A DNA stretch of 64,000 nt from Gammaproteobacteria bacterium (GTDB taxonomy: Bacteria; Pseudomonadota; Gammaproteobacteria; GCA-002705445; GCA-002716945). Under the pieces are notes generated by a model. It was not told the origin of the DNA, made no database searches, and saw nothing but the letters and a program-made list of their open reading frames with translations. A program made the position numbers and the translations under genes. Shown piece after piece: positions 41,304 to 51,571 of the stretch (its first letter is position 1; each line of letters opens with the position of its first letter). Location of the stretch: assembly GCA_016779485.1 (NCBI GenBank), contig JADHNN010000002.1, positions 580 through 64,579 on the forward strand. The letters run 5' to 3'.

Positions 41304-41541
41304 TGCTTAAAACTGATAATTGCGAAAGCTTTTTAATGATTGGTTCATATTTGATATTGTAACTAGATTTTCCTGTAATAGCATTGAGGAGATCATAAGT
41401 TTCTAAATCAAGCAGTTCTTCAAATATTTCCTTATGGATTTGGGTGAGATTTTCATACTCCAATTGTAGAAATTTTTGCAGAAGGATATCAAGCTCTCTG
41501 ATACCTTTTCTAGATTTCCAACGAAGTTTTTTTAAAATCAT
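41287..41541 (-). CDS. sdhE: FAD assembly factor SdhE (succinate dehydrogenase flavinylation factor)
   Basis: 84 aa with the RKGIRELD motif (RGxxE of SdhE/YgfY). Immediately downstream of sdhB. Confidence 0.75.
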   Translation of the reverse strand: MILKKLRWKSRKGIRELDILLQKFLQLEYENLTQIHKEIFEELLDLETYDLLNAITGKSSYNIKYEPIIKKLSQLSVLSNDKSS

Positions 41542-41542
41542 A

Positions 41543-42310
41543 CTAAGCTTTTACAAGCATTTTCTTTATTTCTGATATAGCTCTTGCTGGATTAAGATTC
41601 TTAGGACATGTTTTAGTACAGTTCATAATTGTGTGGCATCTATATAGCTTAAATTTATCAGCTAAGTTGGACAGCCTTTCTTCTTTAGCTGTATCCCTAC
41701 TATCTATTATCCATTTATAAGCATGCATAAGCGTAGCTGGACCCAGGTATTTATCTGAGTTCCACCAATAACTTGGACAACTTGTAGAACAACAAGCACA
41801 CAATACACACTCAAATAACCCGTCAAGCTTGCTTCGATCTTCTTGAGACTGAAAATGTTCTCGTTCTGGTTTTTTATCGGTGATTAACCAAGGTTTAATT
41901 GATTTATATTGCGCATAAAAGTTATTTAGATCTGGGACTAAATCTTTAATAACAGGCATGTGCGGTAAAGGATAAAACTTTAGTTTTGATTCATTAGAAA
42001 TATCAGTTATACATGCGAGATTATTAGTCCCATTAATATTCATAGAACATGAACCACAAATACCCTCTCTACAAGATCTTCTAAATGTTAACGAAGAGTC
42101 AATTTTACTTTTAATATAAATTAATACATCAAGCGCCATAGGACCAAAATTATCTTTATTTAATAGATATGTATCTGTATATGGGTTGCTTTTATTATCA
42201 GGATTGTATCTGTATATTTCTACAGTCAACATGTTTTCTGATTTATTAATATCTGAAAACGTTTTACCTTTTTTTACAATAGAATTTACGGGTAGAGTAA
42301 ATTTAGCCAT
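41543..42310 (-). CDS. sdhB: succinate dehydrogenase iron-sulfur subunit
   Basis: 2Fe-2S CxxxxCxxC...C plus two 4Fe ferredoxin motifs. Confidence 0.95.
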   Translation of the reverse strand: MAKFTLPVNSIVKKGKTFSDINKSENMLTVEIYRYNPDNKSNPYTDTYLLNKDNFGPMALDVLIYIKSKIDSSLTFRRSCREGICGSCSMNINGTNNLACITDISNESKLKFYPLPHMPVIKDLVPDLNNFYAQYKSIKPWLITDKKPEREHFQSQEDRSKLDGLFECVLCACCSTSCPSYWWNSDKYLGPATLMHAYKWIIDSRDTAKEERLSNLADKFKLYRCHTIMNCTKTCPKNLNPARAISEIKKMLVKA

Positions 42311-44076
42311 TAATACGTCCTCGCTTTAAGTTCTACGGTTTCCATTTCATCGGTTAACGTTTTGAGCACGACATCTTTATAATTATAAGCAGCCTCACCT
42401 TTTTCATTAACAGAAACAAGTGAATGTTTAAGCCATTTATCATCGTCTCTCTCTGGATAATCATCTCTAGCATGACTTCCTCTGCTCTCAGTTCTTGCTG
42501 ACGCAGAATATAGAGTTGCCAGCGACTGATATAATAGATTATTTAATTCTAATGTTTCTGCAAGGTCTGTATTCCAAATCATCGATGAGTCAGTTAGTTT
42601 GATATTGGAGAAATCATCAAATAGACCTTTCATTATTTCAATACCTTTATCCATCGTTTTTTGGTCCCTGTATACAGGTGCATATTTTTGCATAGCTCTT
42701 TGCATTTTATCTCTAATTTCATATGGATTAATATCTCCATTCGAATTTTTTATAGAATCAAATCTTGAGAGAATTTTATCTATTGAAGAGTCTGAAATGC
42801 TTGGATGTGAATTAGGCTTCTCTTTTAAAACCTCAATTGCTCTATCAGCTGCTGACCTACCAAATACAATAAGGTCAAGAAGTGAGTTCGAACCAAGTCT
42901 ATTTGCTCCATGAACAGATACGCATGCTGCTTCACCAACCGCCATTAGACCTGGGATGACTGTGTTGTCTGAGGATAAAACTTCAGTATTGTAATTAGTT
43001 GGGGTGCCTCCCATATTATAATGGACAGTAGGTATGATAGGTATTGGCTCTTTATTTACATCTACTCCAGCAAATATTTGCGCAGTTTCAGCTATACCTG
43101 GCAATCTCTCATTAATTGTTTCTGGGCCAAGATGTTCAAGATGAAGGTGCGCATGATCTTTTTCTAAACCCACACCTCTTCCTGCATTGACTTCCATTTG
43201 TATTGCTCTGCTTACGACATCCCTAGATGCTAAATCTTTCGCGTTAGGAGCATATTTAGGCATAAATCGTTCACCTTCCGAGTTTGTAAGATATCCGCCC
43301 TCACCTCTAGCGCCCTCTGTTATCAAGCAGCCCGCGCCATATATCCCTGTTGGATGAAATTGTATAAATTCCATGTCTTGTAAAGGTAAGTTTGCTCTTA
43401 GAACCATTGCATTTCCATCACCTGTGCATGTATGCGCTGAAGTTGATGATAAATAAGCCCTTCCATAACCGCCTGTAGCTAAAATAACAATGTGTGATTG
43501 AAATAAATGTATTTTTCCATCTTCTAGACACCAAGCTAGAACGCCAACACATTTACCGTCTTCAAAAAGAAGATCAATAACAAAGTACTCTATGTAAAAA
43601 TCTACGTCATTTTTAAGAGATTGTGTATATAAGGTATGAAGTATTGCATGTCCTGTTCTATCTGCAGCAGCACACGTCCTCTGTGCTATACCCTTACCAT
43701 ACTCTGTCGTCATACCTCCAAATGGTCTCTGATATATTTTACCCTCTTCTGTTCGAGAAAAAGGTACGCCATAGTGTTCTAATTCAATTATTGATTCGAC
43801 TGCATTTTTACACATATATTCAATAGAATCTTGATCGCCTAGCCAGTCAGAACCTTTAACGGTATCGTACATGTGCCATCTCCAGTCATCTTCACCCATA
43901 TTGCCTAATGCGCCACTGATACCACCTTGTGCGGCCACTGTATGGCTTCTTGTTGGAAACACCTTAGATATACATGCTACTGACAAATCTGACTGTGATA
44001 ACCCCAATGAGGCTCTCAATCCTGATCCGCCTGCCCCGACTACGAGAACATCATGTTCGTGTTTTACTAAATCCAT
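42310..44076 (-). CDS. sdhA: succinate dehydrogenase flavoprotein subunit
   Basis: 588 aa with FAD-binding GAGGSG and the His for covalent FAD ([10 protein letters not shown]). Confidence 0.98.
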   Translation of the reverse strand: MDLVKHEHDVLVVGAGGSGLRASLGLSQSDLSVACISKVFPTRSHTVAAQGGISGALGNMGEDDWRWHMYDTVKGSDWLGDQDSIEYMCKNAVESIIELEHYGVPFSRTEEGKIYQRPFGGMTTEYGKGIAQRTCAAADRTGHAILHTLYTQSLKNDVDFYIEYFVIDLLFEDGKCVGVLAWCLEDGKIHLFQSHIVILATGGYGRAYLSSTSAHTCTGDGNAMVLRANLPLQDMEFIQFHPTGIYGAGCLITEGARGEGGYLTNSEGERFMPKYAPNAKDLASRDVVSRAIQMEVNAGRGVGLEKDHAHLHLEHLGPETINERLPGIAETAQIFAGVDVNKEPIPIIPTVHYNMGGTPTNYNTEVLSSDNTVIPGLMAVGEAACVSVHGANRLGSNSLLDLIVFGRSAADRAIEVLKEKPNSHPSISDSSIDKILSRFDSIKNSNGDINPYEIRDKMQRAMQKYAPVYRDQKTMDKGIEIMKGLFDDFSNIKLTDSSMIWNTDLAETLELNNLLYQSLATLYSASARTESRGSHARDDYPERDDDKWLKHSLVSVNEKGEAAYNYKDVVLKTLTDEMETVELKARTY

Positions 44077-44078
44077 TT

Positions 44079-44390
44079 TTATATACTCGCTAAAATTAAT
44101 ATTGTTAAAAAGAATGAAATAATATGCAATAGTTTTGATAATGATATTATATTTTTTTGAAGATTTTCATTATGAATGTAATCTTCTATTATTACTTCAA
44201 GCCCTAATGAACTATGGAACAAAATAAAACTAATGAAAAAAACTGATATAAGAAATCCAGATATTGAACTTAGGTCATCGATTAGTTGAAGATAGGAAAT
44301 AGATGTAATATTAACTATATAAAATAAAGAAAATATTACGACAGGTATCATGATAAGAGCACTAATTCTTTGAAGCTTCCAATGTTCCAT
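44079..44390 (-). CDS. sdhD: succinate dehydrogenase hydrophobic membrane anchor
   Basis: 103 aa with three TM helices, between sdhC and sdhA. Confidence 0.8.
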   Translation of the reverse strand: MEHWKLQRISALIMIPVVIFSLFYIVNITSISYLQLIDDLSSISGFLISVFFISFILFHSSLGLEVIIEDYIHNENLQKNIISLSKLLHIISFFLTILILASI

Positions 44391-44773
44391 TAGAATGCTC
44401 CTGCCATTAAAAGAATTAATAAAGTTAAAGATATCGATACTCCAAGGACAATATAACCAGATTTATAACTGGAATCTAAATCAAGACCATAACCTGCATC
44501 CCATGCGAGATGTCTTATACCGTTACATAAATGATAGATGAGACCAAAAAGAGCTAGAGAAAATATCAGTTTTATAAAACTATTCTGCAACAAGGATATA
44601 ACAGCTTGATGGGTATCAGCTGAATTTGTTAAAAAATAAATAATCACAGGTGAAAATAGAATTATTATACTCAAAGCAAAACCTGTCATACGATGTGAAA
44701 TAGATAATACAGATGTTAACTGTGGTTTATATATCTGTAAGTGAGGCGACAGTGGTCGATTTGATGTATTCAT
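44390..44773 (-). CDS. sdhC: succinate dehydrogenase cytochrome b556 subunit. Start trimmed to MNTSNRPLSPHL.
   Basis: RPLSPHLQIYKPQ...SISHRMTG motif. The longer ORF-track start is read-through overlapping the upstream DUF1674 gene. Confidence 0.85.
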   Translation of the reverse strand: MNTSNRPLSPHLQIYKPQLTSVLSISHRMTGFALSIIILFSPVIIYFLTNSADTHQAVISLLQNSFIKLIFSLALFGLIYHLCNGIRHLAWDAGYGLDLDSSYKSGYIVLGVSISLTLLILLMAGAF

Positions 44774-44775
44774 AA

Positions 44776-44916
44776 TTAAAAATCTATACAACGTCCATTT
44801 TTTTCCCAATCACCATAACGAGTTGGATCAAGTCCTTTTCTTCCGCCTATTTCTTTAGGTTTTTTATTTTTATCAACTGGGATTATAGGCTTACTTTTTT
44901 TAGTTTTATTATTCAT
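44776..44916 (-). CDS. DUF1674-family small protein (SDHAF4-like putative SDH assembly factor; shorter than 60 aa, so not in the ORF track)
   Basis: 46-aa ORF MNNKTKKSKPIIPVDKNKKPKEIGGRKGLDPTRYGDWEKNGRCIDF. The GG.KG.[DE]PTRYGDWE.KGR..DF pattern is the DUF1674 signature. Its stop lies 2 nt before the sdhC ATG. Confidence 0.65.
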   Translation of the reverse strand: MNNKTKKSKPIIPVDKNKKPKEIGGRKGLDPTRYGDWEKNGRCIDF

Positions 44917-45050
44917 GATTATCCCTATTCACATTGATGCCTATTATATGAAAATATTTTTAAAATAAATAGTTATTTATTAGGATATACTTATGTTAAG
45001 GTCTATAAGCTTTAATAAGCTATGTTTAGCCATAATTATCAATAAGATAT

Positions 45051-45953
45051 ATGAATAAATTAATATCTGAAATACTAGAGAACAGAAAAGGGTTATTCCT
45101 TGATGAAGGACTTTCATTGTTAAGAGTGTCAGGAGAAGATAAAAATAAATTTCTCCAAGGACAGTTAACAAATGATATAGAAAGCTTAAGTAAAAATGAA
45201 TATTTACTAGCATCATATTGTACCCATCAAGGAAAGGTAATTACAAACCTTCAGATACTTCGAGATGACTCAGATATTTTGATATTGTTACAGGCAGATT
45301 TAGCGAATATATTTATAGAAAAAATATCTAAATATATACTGATGTCAAAAGTTAATTTTGAAATAAATGAACATGTGAGGATTTTGTCTGCAATTGGTGC
45401 TGAAGCCATATCCATAATTAATAAATATGGTATCGAAAAAAGAAAAAGTTATAAAATAATTAAAGGAAACAAAGTGTATATTAATATGTCATCATCAAGA
45501 GTAGCAATGTGTAGATGTCTATTACTAGAACAGAATGACTTACCTCAAGATATTAGAAGTACAAAAACATGTTTGATTGATCTTCTGAGTAATATTATAA
45601 GGTTCAATATTGAAAACACTGAAAAATATATACCTCAGGTATTAAGTGCGGATGAACTAGATACAATAAACTATAAAAAAGGATGTTATACAGGCCAAGA
45701 AGTCATTGCTCGAACACATTATCTTGGTAATGTGAAAAAACACATGTATCTAGTGAATATTTATAGTAGCAAAATCAAAGAAAAGAATATTATTAATAAT
45801 GATGGAGAGAGCGTTGGGGAGGTTATTGGTAAACCTTATGAGTACAATAATAAGCTTCTAACACACTGCATACTTAGAGATAATTGTAATTTTAATGAAT
45901 TATATCTAGGTAAAGATAAAGTTGAAGTGGTTGCTATGGAAGATAAGACTTAA
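45051..45953 (+). CDS. ygfZ: folate-binding tRNA-modification/Fe-S repair protein YgfZ (GcvT-like)
   Basis: KGCYTGQE signature. Divergent from the sdh/sdhE cluster, as ygfZ is linked to sdhE in E. coli. Confidence 0.75.
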   Translation: MNKLISEILENRKGLFLDEGLSLLRVSGEDKNKFLQGQLTNDIESLSKNEYLLASYCTHQGKVITNLQILRDDSDILILLQADLANIFIEKISKYILMSKVNFEINEHVRILSAIGAEAISIINKYGIEKRKSYKIIKGNKVYINMSSSRVAMCRCLLLEQNDLPQDIRSTKTCLIDLLSNIIRFNIENTEKYIPQVLSADELDTINYKKGCYTGQEVIARTHYLGNVKKHMYLVNIYSSKIKEKNIINNDGESVGEVIGKPYEYNNKLLTHCILRDNCNFNELYLGKDKVEVVAMEDKT

Positions 45954-46899
45954 CAATATCCCTTTCTTTAAGAAGCTCTTTCTCAGAAAGTTTGATTAAT
46001 GTCTTTATGTAAGTATCAATCTTTAAATCTTTAATCACTTGATAACCCTCGGTTGTTACATTTAAAGGAAGGGAAAACATTAATCCAGATTCTATATCGT
46101 ATTCACCAGATGTCATTATACCAAGAGATTCCCATGAGTTTGAACCATTATCAATAATATTAATATGATCGTAAATCGCAGATGCAGCTGAAGCTGCACT
46201 CGATAAACCTCTAAACTCAATTATTTCTCCACCTCTTTTTTGTACTTTAGGAATAAATGTGTTTTGAATCCATATATCATCAACATTTATTTGTTCAGCA
46301 TTTAATAAACAATTTGATAAGTCAGGAACTTGTGTTGTGGAGTGATTACCCCATATTATCATTTGCTGTATATCTTCAACTTGTTCATTTATTTTTTCTG
46401 CTAATATACTTTTAGCTCTATTTTGATCAAGCTTCATTAAAGATGTTATGTTTCGATTAGGTATAGAAGGAGTATTGTAGTTTAGAATTAACGCGTTTGT
46501 ATTTGCTGGATTACCCACGACAATTACTTTTGTAGATGGTGAACACACTTTATCTATTATTAAGGCTTGAGTTTTAAAAATATTTGCATTATCTAGAATT
46601 AAATCTGACCTTTCCATGCCTTTAGATCTTGGTTTGGCTCCAACCATAATAATATAATCTGATTCTTGAAATGCATTTTCAGCATTATCTGTTACTTCAA
46701 TGGAATTTAATGTTGAAAAAGCACAATCTTCAACTTCATAACGAAGACCAATTAATGATTTTTGTGATTGGGTTATATCCAATAATGTTAAATTAATTTT
46801 ATCTGTATTTTTAAAAGGTAGATTTGATAGTACTCTAAAAATTAAAGAGTATGCTATATTTCCTGCCGCTCCAGTAATACATATATTTTTAATATTCAT
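45934..46899 (-). CDS. mdh: malate dehydrogenase (NAD-dependent, LDH-like MDH family)
   Basis: N-terminal ITGAAGNIAYSL Rossmann motif and a substrate loop with R residues. 321 aa. Confidence 0.9.
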   Translation of the reverse strand: MNIKNICITGAAGNIAYSLIFRVLSNLPFKNTDKINLTLLDITQSQKSLIGLRYEVEDCAFSTLNSIEVTDNAENAFQESDYIIMVGAKPRSKGMERSDLILDNANIFKTQALIIDKVCSPSTKVIVVGNPANTNALILNYNTPSIPNRNITSLMKLDQNRAKSILAEKINEQVEDIQQMIIWGNHSTTQVPDLSNCLLNAEQINVDDIWIQNTFIPKVQKRGGEIIEFRGLSSAASAASAIYDHINIIDNGSNSWESLGIMTSGEYDIESGLMFSLPLNVTTEGYQVIKDLKIDTYIKTLIKLSEKELLKERDIVKSYLP

Positions 46900-47608
46900 A
46901 TATCTCTCTGGCTTTCCTTAAGTCCTTAACAGAATTAATTCCTACAGATTTATTATCTTTAATCTGGATACAGTGTATCGGTATATTATTCCAAATCATT
47001 CTCAATTGTTCAAGTTGCTCCTTTTTCTCATAATGACATTCTTTTAGCTTAGAGTATGTTTCTAAATATTCATATTTAAAAGCATATACACCTAAATGAA
47101 TCATGTATTTTTCTCTTATTGACGTTATAGGTTTTCTAGTAAAAGTAATTGCTCTGAGTTCTTTATCAACAACTACTTTCACATAGTTACTATCTAAGTA
47201 CTCTTTCTTATCGTTAGTTTCATATATCAAAGTCGCAACATTGATATTGTTAGATAACTTTAGTACTCTAATCAACTTTTTAATATCATTAGGGTTAATA
47301 TTAAACTCATCACCTTGAAGGTTAACTACAATATCATTTTTAGTTGCATTTAATTTTTTTGCAGTATAGTAGCAACGCTCAGAGCCGTTTTTAAATTTTT
47401 TATTCGAGAAAACTGATTGAACATTATGTTTAATTGCATAATTTTGAATTATTTTAGAATCTGTAGCTACAGTAATAATTGAATTATTTATTTTTTTTGC
47501 ACAGATAATCATATGCTCAATAAGTGCTTTATCACCAATGTTTTGAATAAGTTTTTTCGACAATCTAGATGATTCAAGTCTTGCTGGTATTATTACAAAT
47601 GTAGTCAT
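46889..47608 (-). CDS. kdsB: 3-deoxy-manno-octulosonate cytidylyltransferase
   Basis: IIPARLESSRLSKK N-terminus. Downstream of lpxK, as in E. coli. Confidence 0.9.
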   Translation of the reverse strand: MTTFVIIPARLESSRLSKKLIQNIGDKALIEHMIICAKKINNSIITVATDSKIIQNYAIKHNVQSVFSNKKFKNGSERCYYTAKKLNATKNDIVVNLQGDEFNINPNDIKKLIRVLKLSNNINVATLIYETNDKKEYLDSNYVKVVVDKELRAITFTRKPITSIREKYMIHLGVYAFKYEYLETYSKLKECHYEKKEQLEQLRMIWNNIPIHCIQIKDNKSVGINSVKDLRKAREIYEY

Positions 47609-48555
47609 ACTAATTTCTCTATCATTTCAATTAGTTTATCATTTGGAAATACAGATTGTTCTAAAATATAAATATTATCAAGATTATATTCTTTCAATTT
47701 TGTAAAATCTTTCTCTGTAACAAGTATAGGTTTGGTCGTATCAGGGATATCTTTCAGTGTAAAATTGTGATGGTCAGGGTATATCTTTTTATCAAAACAT
47801 AAATTATTCTTATGAAGTTCTTTAATAAGCTCTCTGCTATCTGCTATTGCTGTCAATAAATAACTGTTATTAAATAGATTATCTTTAAAAGAGTAATATT
47901 TATGATTTTTTCCATTTCTAATTTTTGATATTTTTGTATGAAATCCAGGAAAATCACTATCGTAATAATTACTGAGAACATATTTATTTTTAGAATGAAA
48001 AGCTTTTGGTTCCCTTAAAGGTCCGCAAGGTAGTAAAAAATTATTATGGTCTTGATTAAATTTAGTAATTATGAATTCGTAATCTCTTTTCATCTTGTAA
48101 TGCTGTAATCCATCATCATGAATAATATAATCAAATTTTTTATTATCTATATATTTAGTAGATTTAATACGATTATCGCTAGAAACTATTTCAGCTGAAG
48201 TACTTTTCTTTAAAAGTAAAGCTTCATCTCCGACCTTGTCTGCACTCGAGTCATCTGTAATTATACTAACCTCTTTAGCTAATGATCCATATCCTGATGA
48301 TACAATTGCAATTTTCTTTTTTTTGTTAGATAAGTAATTAGATAACCAAATAGTAAAAGGAGTTTTTCCTGAACCACCAACAACTATATTGCCAACTATA
48401 ATTATTTTGTTGACTGCTGAATATCTGGATATGAATTTTGTAAAATATAGTTTCCTTATAAAGATAATCATAAAAAAAAATAATGATAGTGGCAGAAATG
48501 GAATAAGAAATATTTTTGGTAACTTATGCCAAATATATAATATTACTTTGTACAT
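47605..48555 (-). CDS. lpxK: tetraacyldisaccharide 4'-kinase
   Basis: GNIVVGGSGKTP P-loop. Follows msbA. Confidence 0.85.
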   Translation of the reverse strand: MYKVILYIWHKLPKIFLIPFLPLSLFFFMIIFIRKLYFTKFISRYSAVNKIIIVGNIVVGGSGKTPFTIWLSNYLSNKKKKIAIVSSGYGSLAKEVSIITDDSSADKVGDEALLLKKSTSAEIVSSDNRIKSTKYIDNKKFDYIIHDDGLQHYKMKRDYEFIITKFNQDHNNFLLPCGPLREPKAFHSKNKYVLSNYYDSDFPGFHTKISKIRNGKNHKYYSFKDNLFNNSYLLTAIADSRELIKELHKNNLCFDKKIYPDHHNFTLKDIPDTTKPILVTEKDFTKLKEYNLDNIYILEQSVFPNDKLIEMIEKLV

Positions 48556-50300
48556 TAATTTTTAAATTGTGAATTAAATAAAGTGAAGTATGCTCCTGAT
48601 TTATTTAATAAATCATTGTGAGTACCTTGCTCGATAATCTCACCATTATCAACAACTATAATATGATCTGCATTAACTATCGTTGAAAGTCTATGTGCTA
48701 TAACAATACTAGTTTTATTAGCTGCAAGCTTATTTAAAGATTCTTGTATGAGTGATTCAGATTCAGAATCCAATGCGCTAGTGGCTTCATCAAGTAATAA
48801 AATTGGTGCATTTTTTAGAATAGCTCTTGCAATAGCTATTCTTTGTTTTTGTCCTCCAGATAAGAGAATTCCATTCTGGCCTACATGAGTATTGAATTTA
48901 TTAGGCAAGGAATTGATAAAATTGAAAGCGTTAGCTTTTTTTGCTGCATCTTCAACATCAATTATTTCGTATTTATTAAGCTCTCCATATGCAATATTAT
49001 TTAGGATTGTGTCATTAAATAATGTGAAATCTTGTCCAACATAGGAAATTTGCTTTCTTAGAAAACCTAAATCAAGTTTTAAAATATCTTGATTATTGAA
49101 AAATATCGATCCACTTACAGGCTTATACAGTCTAGGCAGAAGATCTAGTAAACTTGTCTTACCGCTTCCAGACTTACCTACAAGTGCAACAGTTTCTCCC
49201 TGCTTAATATGAAAACTTATATTTTTTAATACTAAATCTTTTGATGTCTCATACTTAAAATTAATATTTTTGAAACTTATTGATATCTCGTCAATTATAT
49301 CATGATTATCTTCATTATCTGGTTCACTCTCAGAATCAAGTAAAGCAAAAATAGATTCACTAGCTGCAATGCCTCTTTGTAAAATTACATTAACCTCAGA
49401 TAGTCTTTTAATAGGAGCAAATAACATAATCATTGCAGTAAGATAAGACATGAAGGTTCCTACAGAGATTTCATCAAGATAATTAGCTGAGGTTACATAA
49501 TAAATTATACCAGCAGCAAATAAAGCGATTATAAGCTGCATTAGAGGTATGCTTAAACTTTGTATAAATATTAGTCTAAGATTTTTGCTTCTGTTATTTG
49601 TATTAACATCGTGAAAGTTTTTTGTTTCATATTCCTGTCCCCCAAATATTTTGATAACACGATGCCCAATAATAGATTCCTCAACAACATTAGTAAGTTG
49701 TCCCATTGATTTTTGTATATCACGACTAATAGATCTGAACTTTGAACTCATAATTTTTAAAAATAATCCAATTAAAGGTGCTAACAAAATAAGACCTATA
49801 GATAAATAGAAGCTATAGTAAAACATTAGTGCTAAAAGACCGACTATAGTTAAGCCATCTTTAATTATTATAGTTATTGCTTTCGTCGCTGCCTCAGCTA
49901 CCTGCTCAGCATCAAAAGTAATTTTAGACACTAACTTACCGGTGATTGATTGATCGTAAGATTGGGATGATTTTTTAATAATTTTATCAAACATATCTTT
50001 TCTTATATCTCTAATGATACTTCTGCCTACATATGCCATACCATAATTAGACATAAATGACCCCAGTCCACGAAATATGAAAATGAAAATAATCAATATT
50101 GGTATAATAGATAAAAACTCTTTATCTTGTTCAATGAAACTACCATCTAATAGAGGTTTGATAAGTGCGGCAAATGATGTATCCGCCATGGCATGGATTA
50201 TCATCCCCAGTACAGCTACTATAAAAATTTTTTTATAAAGCTTAGTTCGGCTCAATAGTCTCTTATAAAGCTCGAAACCGTTATTTTTATTATGTTTCAT
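48555..50300 (-). CDS. msbA: lipid A export ATP-binding/permease protein MsbA
   Basis: 581 aa with six TM helices plus an ABC domain (GKSGSGKTS, LSGGQKQR, LLLDEATSALD). Confidence 0.9.
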   Translation of the reverse strand: MKHNKNNGFELYKRLLSRTKLYKKIFIVAVLGMIIHAMADTSFAALIKPLLDGSFIEQDKEFLSIIPILIIFIFIFRGLGSFMSNYGMAYVGRSIIRDIRKDMFDKIIKKSSQSYDQSITGKLVSKITFDAEQVAEAATKAITIIIKDGLTIVGLLALMFYYSFYLSIGLILLAPLIGLFLKIMSSKFRSISRDIQKSMGQLTNVVEESIIGHRVIKIFGGQEYETKNFHDVNTNNRSKNLRLIFIQSLSIPLMQLIIALFAAGIIYYVTSANYLDEISVGTFMSYLTAMIMLFAPIKRLSEVNVILQRGIAASESIFALLDSESEPDNEDNHDIIDEISISFKNINFKYETSKDLVLKNISFHIKQGETVALVGKSGSGKTSLLDLLPRLYKPVSGSIFFNNQDILKLDLGFLRKQISYVGQDFTLFNDTILNNIAYGELNKYEIIDVEDAAKKANAFNFINSLPNKFNTHVGQNGILLSGGQKQRIAIARAILKNAPILLLDEATSALDSESESLIQESLNKLAANKTSIVIAHRLSTIVNADHIIVVDNGEIIEQGTHNDLLNKSGAYFTLFNSQFKN

Positions 50301-50397
50301 TTTAATGTTTGAGATATGAAGATATTTCCTTATGATACATGATATTATTTAAGCAATAAAATATACATACAATTATTTCCATATATAGTTTTAAATA

Positions 50398-50910
50398 ATG
50401 AAAAAGTTTTTTAAAGATAATTTACCAAAACCAGAAGATCTGAAGAAATATAGAGCTCTAAATATGCTTGGTAACTCTATTTTTGAAAAAGAGCTCTGGT
50501 CAATAAATAAACATACATTGTCTAGAGCAGTTGCAATAGGTCTCTTTTGGGGATGGATGCCAATGTTTTTTCAAATGATACCTGCTGCATTTTGTGCAGT
50601 ATACTTTAGAGCGAATATACCTTTATCACTAGCGGGTGTATGGATTAGTAATCCAATAACAATGCCTCCAATGATGTATATAGGTTATGAGTTCGGAAAT
50701 TATATACTTGGAATTGATCCTCTCTTTGATCAATTTGAGGCAAGTATAGATTGGATATTAGGTATTTTCTCATTAATATGGGAGCCATTACTAGTTGGAA
50801 CAATGATTATAGGAGTTTCATCAGCAATACTAGGATTTATAGGGATACACTTATTTTGGAAAATTATTGCATACAGAAAACTCAGAAAAATCAAAAGATT
50901 CTCTAAATAA
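50398..50910 (+). CDS. DUF2062 family membrane protein
   Basis: 170-aa polytopic protein of the DUF2062 family. Confidence 0.55.
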   Translation: MKKFFKDNLPKPEDLKKYRALNMLGNSIFEKELWSINKHTLSRAVAIGLFWGWMPMFFQMIPAAFCAVYFRANIPLSLAGVWISNPITMPPMMYIGYEFGNYILGIDPLFDQFEASIDWILGIFSLIWEPLLVGTMIIGVSSAILGFIGIHLFWKIIAYRKLRKIKRFSK

Positions 50911-51571
50911 GTTCTCCGTCAATAATCATCCTACTATTATCAGATAAAGAAAGTATAGTTTCATCATGTGATACTGTAATTAGAGTGACTTGATTATCTC
51001 TACATATTTCAAGTAAATTATTCATTATAGATAGAGATGTATCTTTATCTAAATTACCAGTTGGTTCATCAGCCAAGATAACTCTAGAATTCATTGCTAA
51101 TGCTCTTGCAATTCCAACTCTCTGCGACTCACCGCCAGACAAGTTAGTTACAGGATTATATTTAGTATAAGCAAGGTTAACTATTTCGAGTGATTTCATT
51201 GCATATTTTTCAGAAGCTTTCTTTGTGTATCCTTTATATCTCAGTGGTAAAGTTATATTTTCAATGACGTTGAAGTCTCTTAGTAAATTATTTGATTGAA
51301 ATATCAAAGATATATTTTTTAATCTAAATTGAGTTTTCTCATTATTTGATAAATCTGAAAAGCATATATTATCAAAGTAAATTACACCATTATCAGGGTC
51401 ATCTAATCCAGATAGAATATTTAGAAGTGTTGATTTTCCTGTACCTGATGGGCCTGATATAGATAGTGAGCTGCCTTTATCAAGAATAAATGATAAATTA
51501 TTGAGTACATTTCTTTTTTTAGCACGTCCTGTGCTATATGATTTTGAAATTTTGTTGCATGTAATCTTCAT
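50903..51571 (-). CDS. lolD: ABC transporter ATP-binding protein, lipoprotein-release LolD-like
   Basis: Walker A GPSGTGKST, LSGGESQR and LADEPTGNLD. Follows a LolC/E-type permease. Confidence 0.7.
   Translation of the reverse strand: MKITCNKISKSYSTGRAKKRNVLNNLSFILDKGSSLSISGPSGTGKSTLLNILSGLDDPDNGVIYFDNICFSDLSNNEKTQFRLKNISLIFQSNNLLRDFNVIENITLPLRYKGYTKKASEKYAMKSLEIVNLAYTKYNPVTNLSGGESQRVGIARALAMNSRVILADEPTGNLDKDTSLSIMNNLLEICRDNQVTLITVSHDETILSLSDNSRMIIDGELI

Noticed and set aside
44140-44160. Fur-box-like sequence GATAATGATATTATATTTT
   Set aside because: It matches only 13 of 19 consensus positions and lies inside the sdhD coding region.
44980-45216. 78-aa minus-strand ORF in the sdh/ygfZ divergent region
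   Set aside because: It overlaps the ygfZ start, is hydrophobic and low-complexity, and has no SD. The real small gene in this gap is the DUF1674 ORF at 44776-44916.
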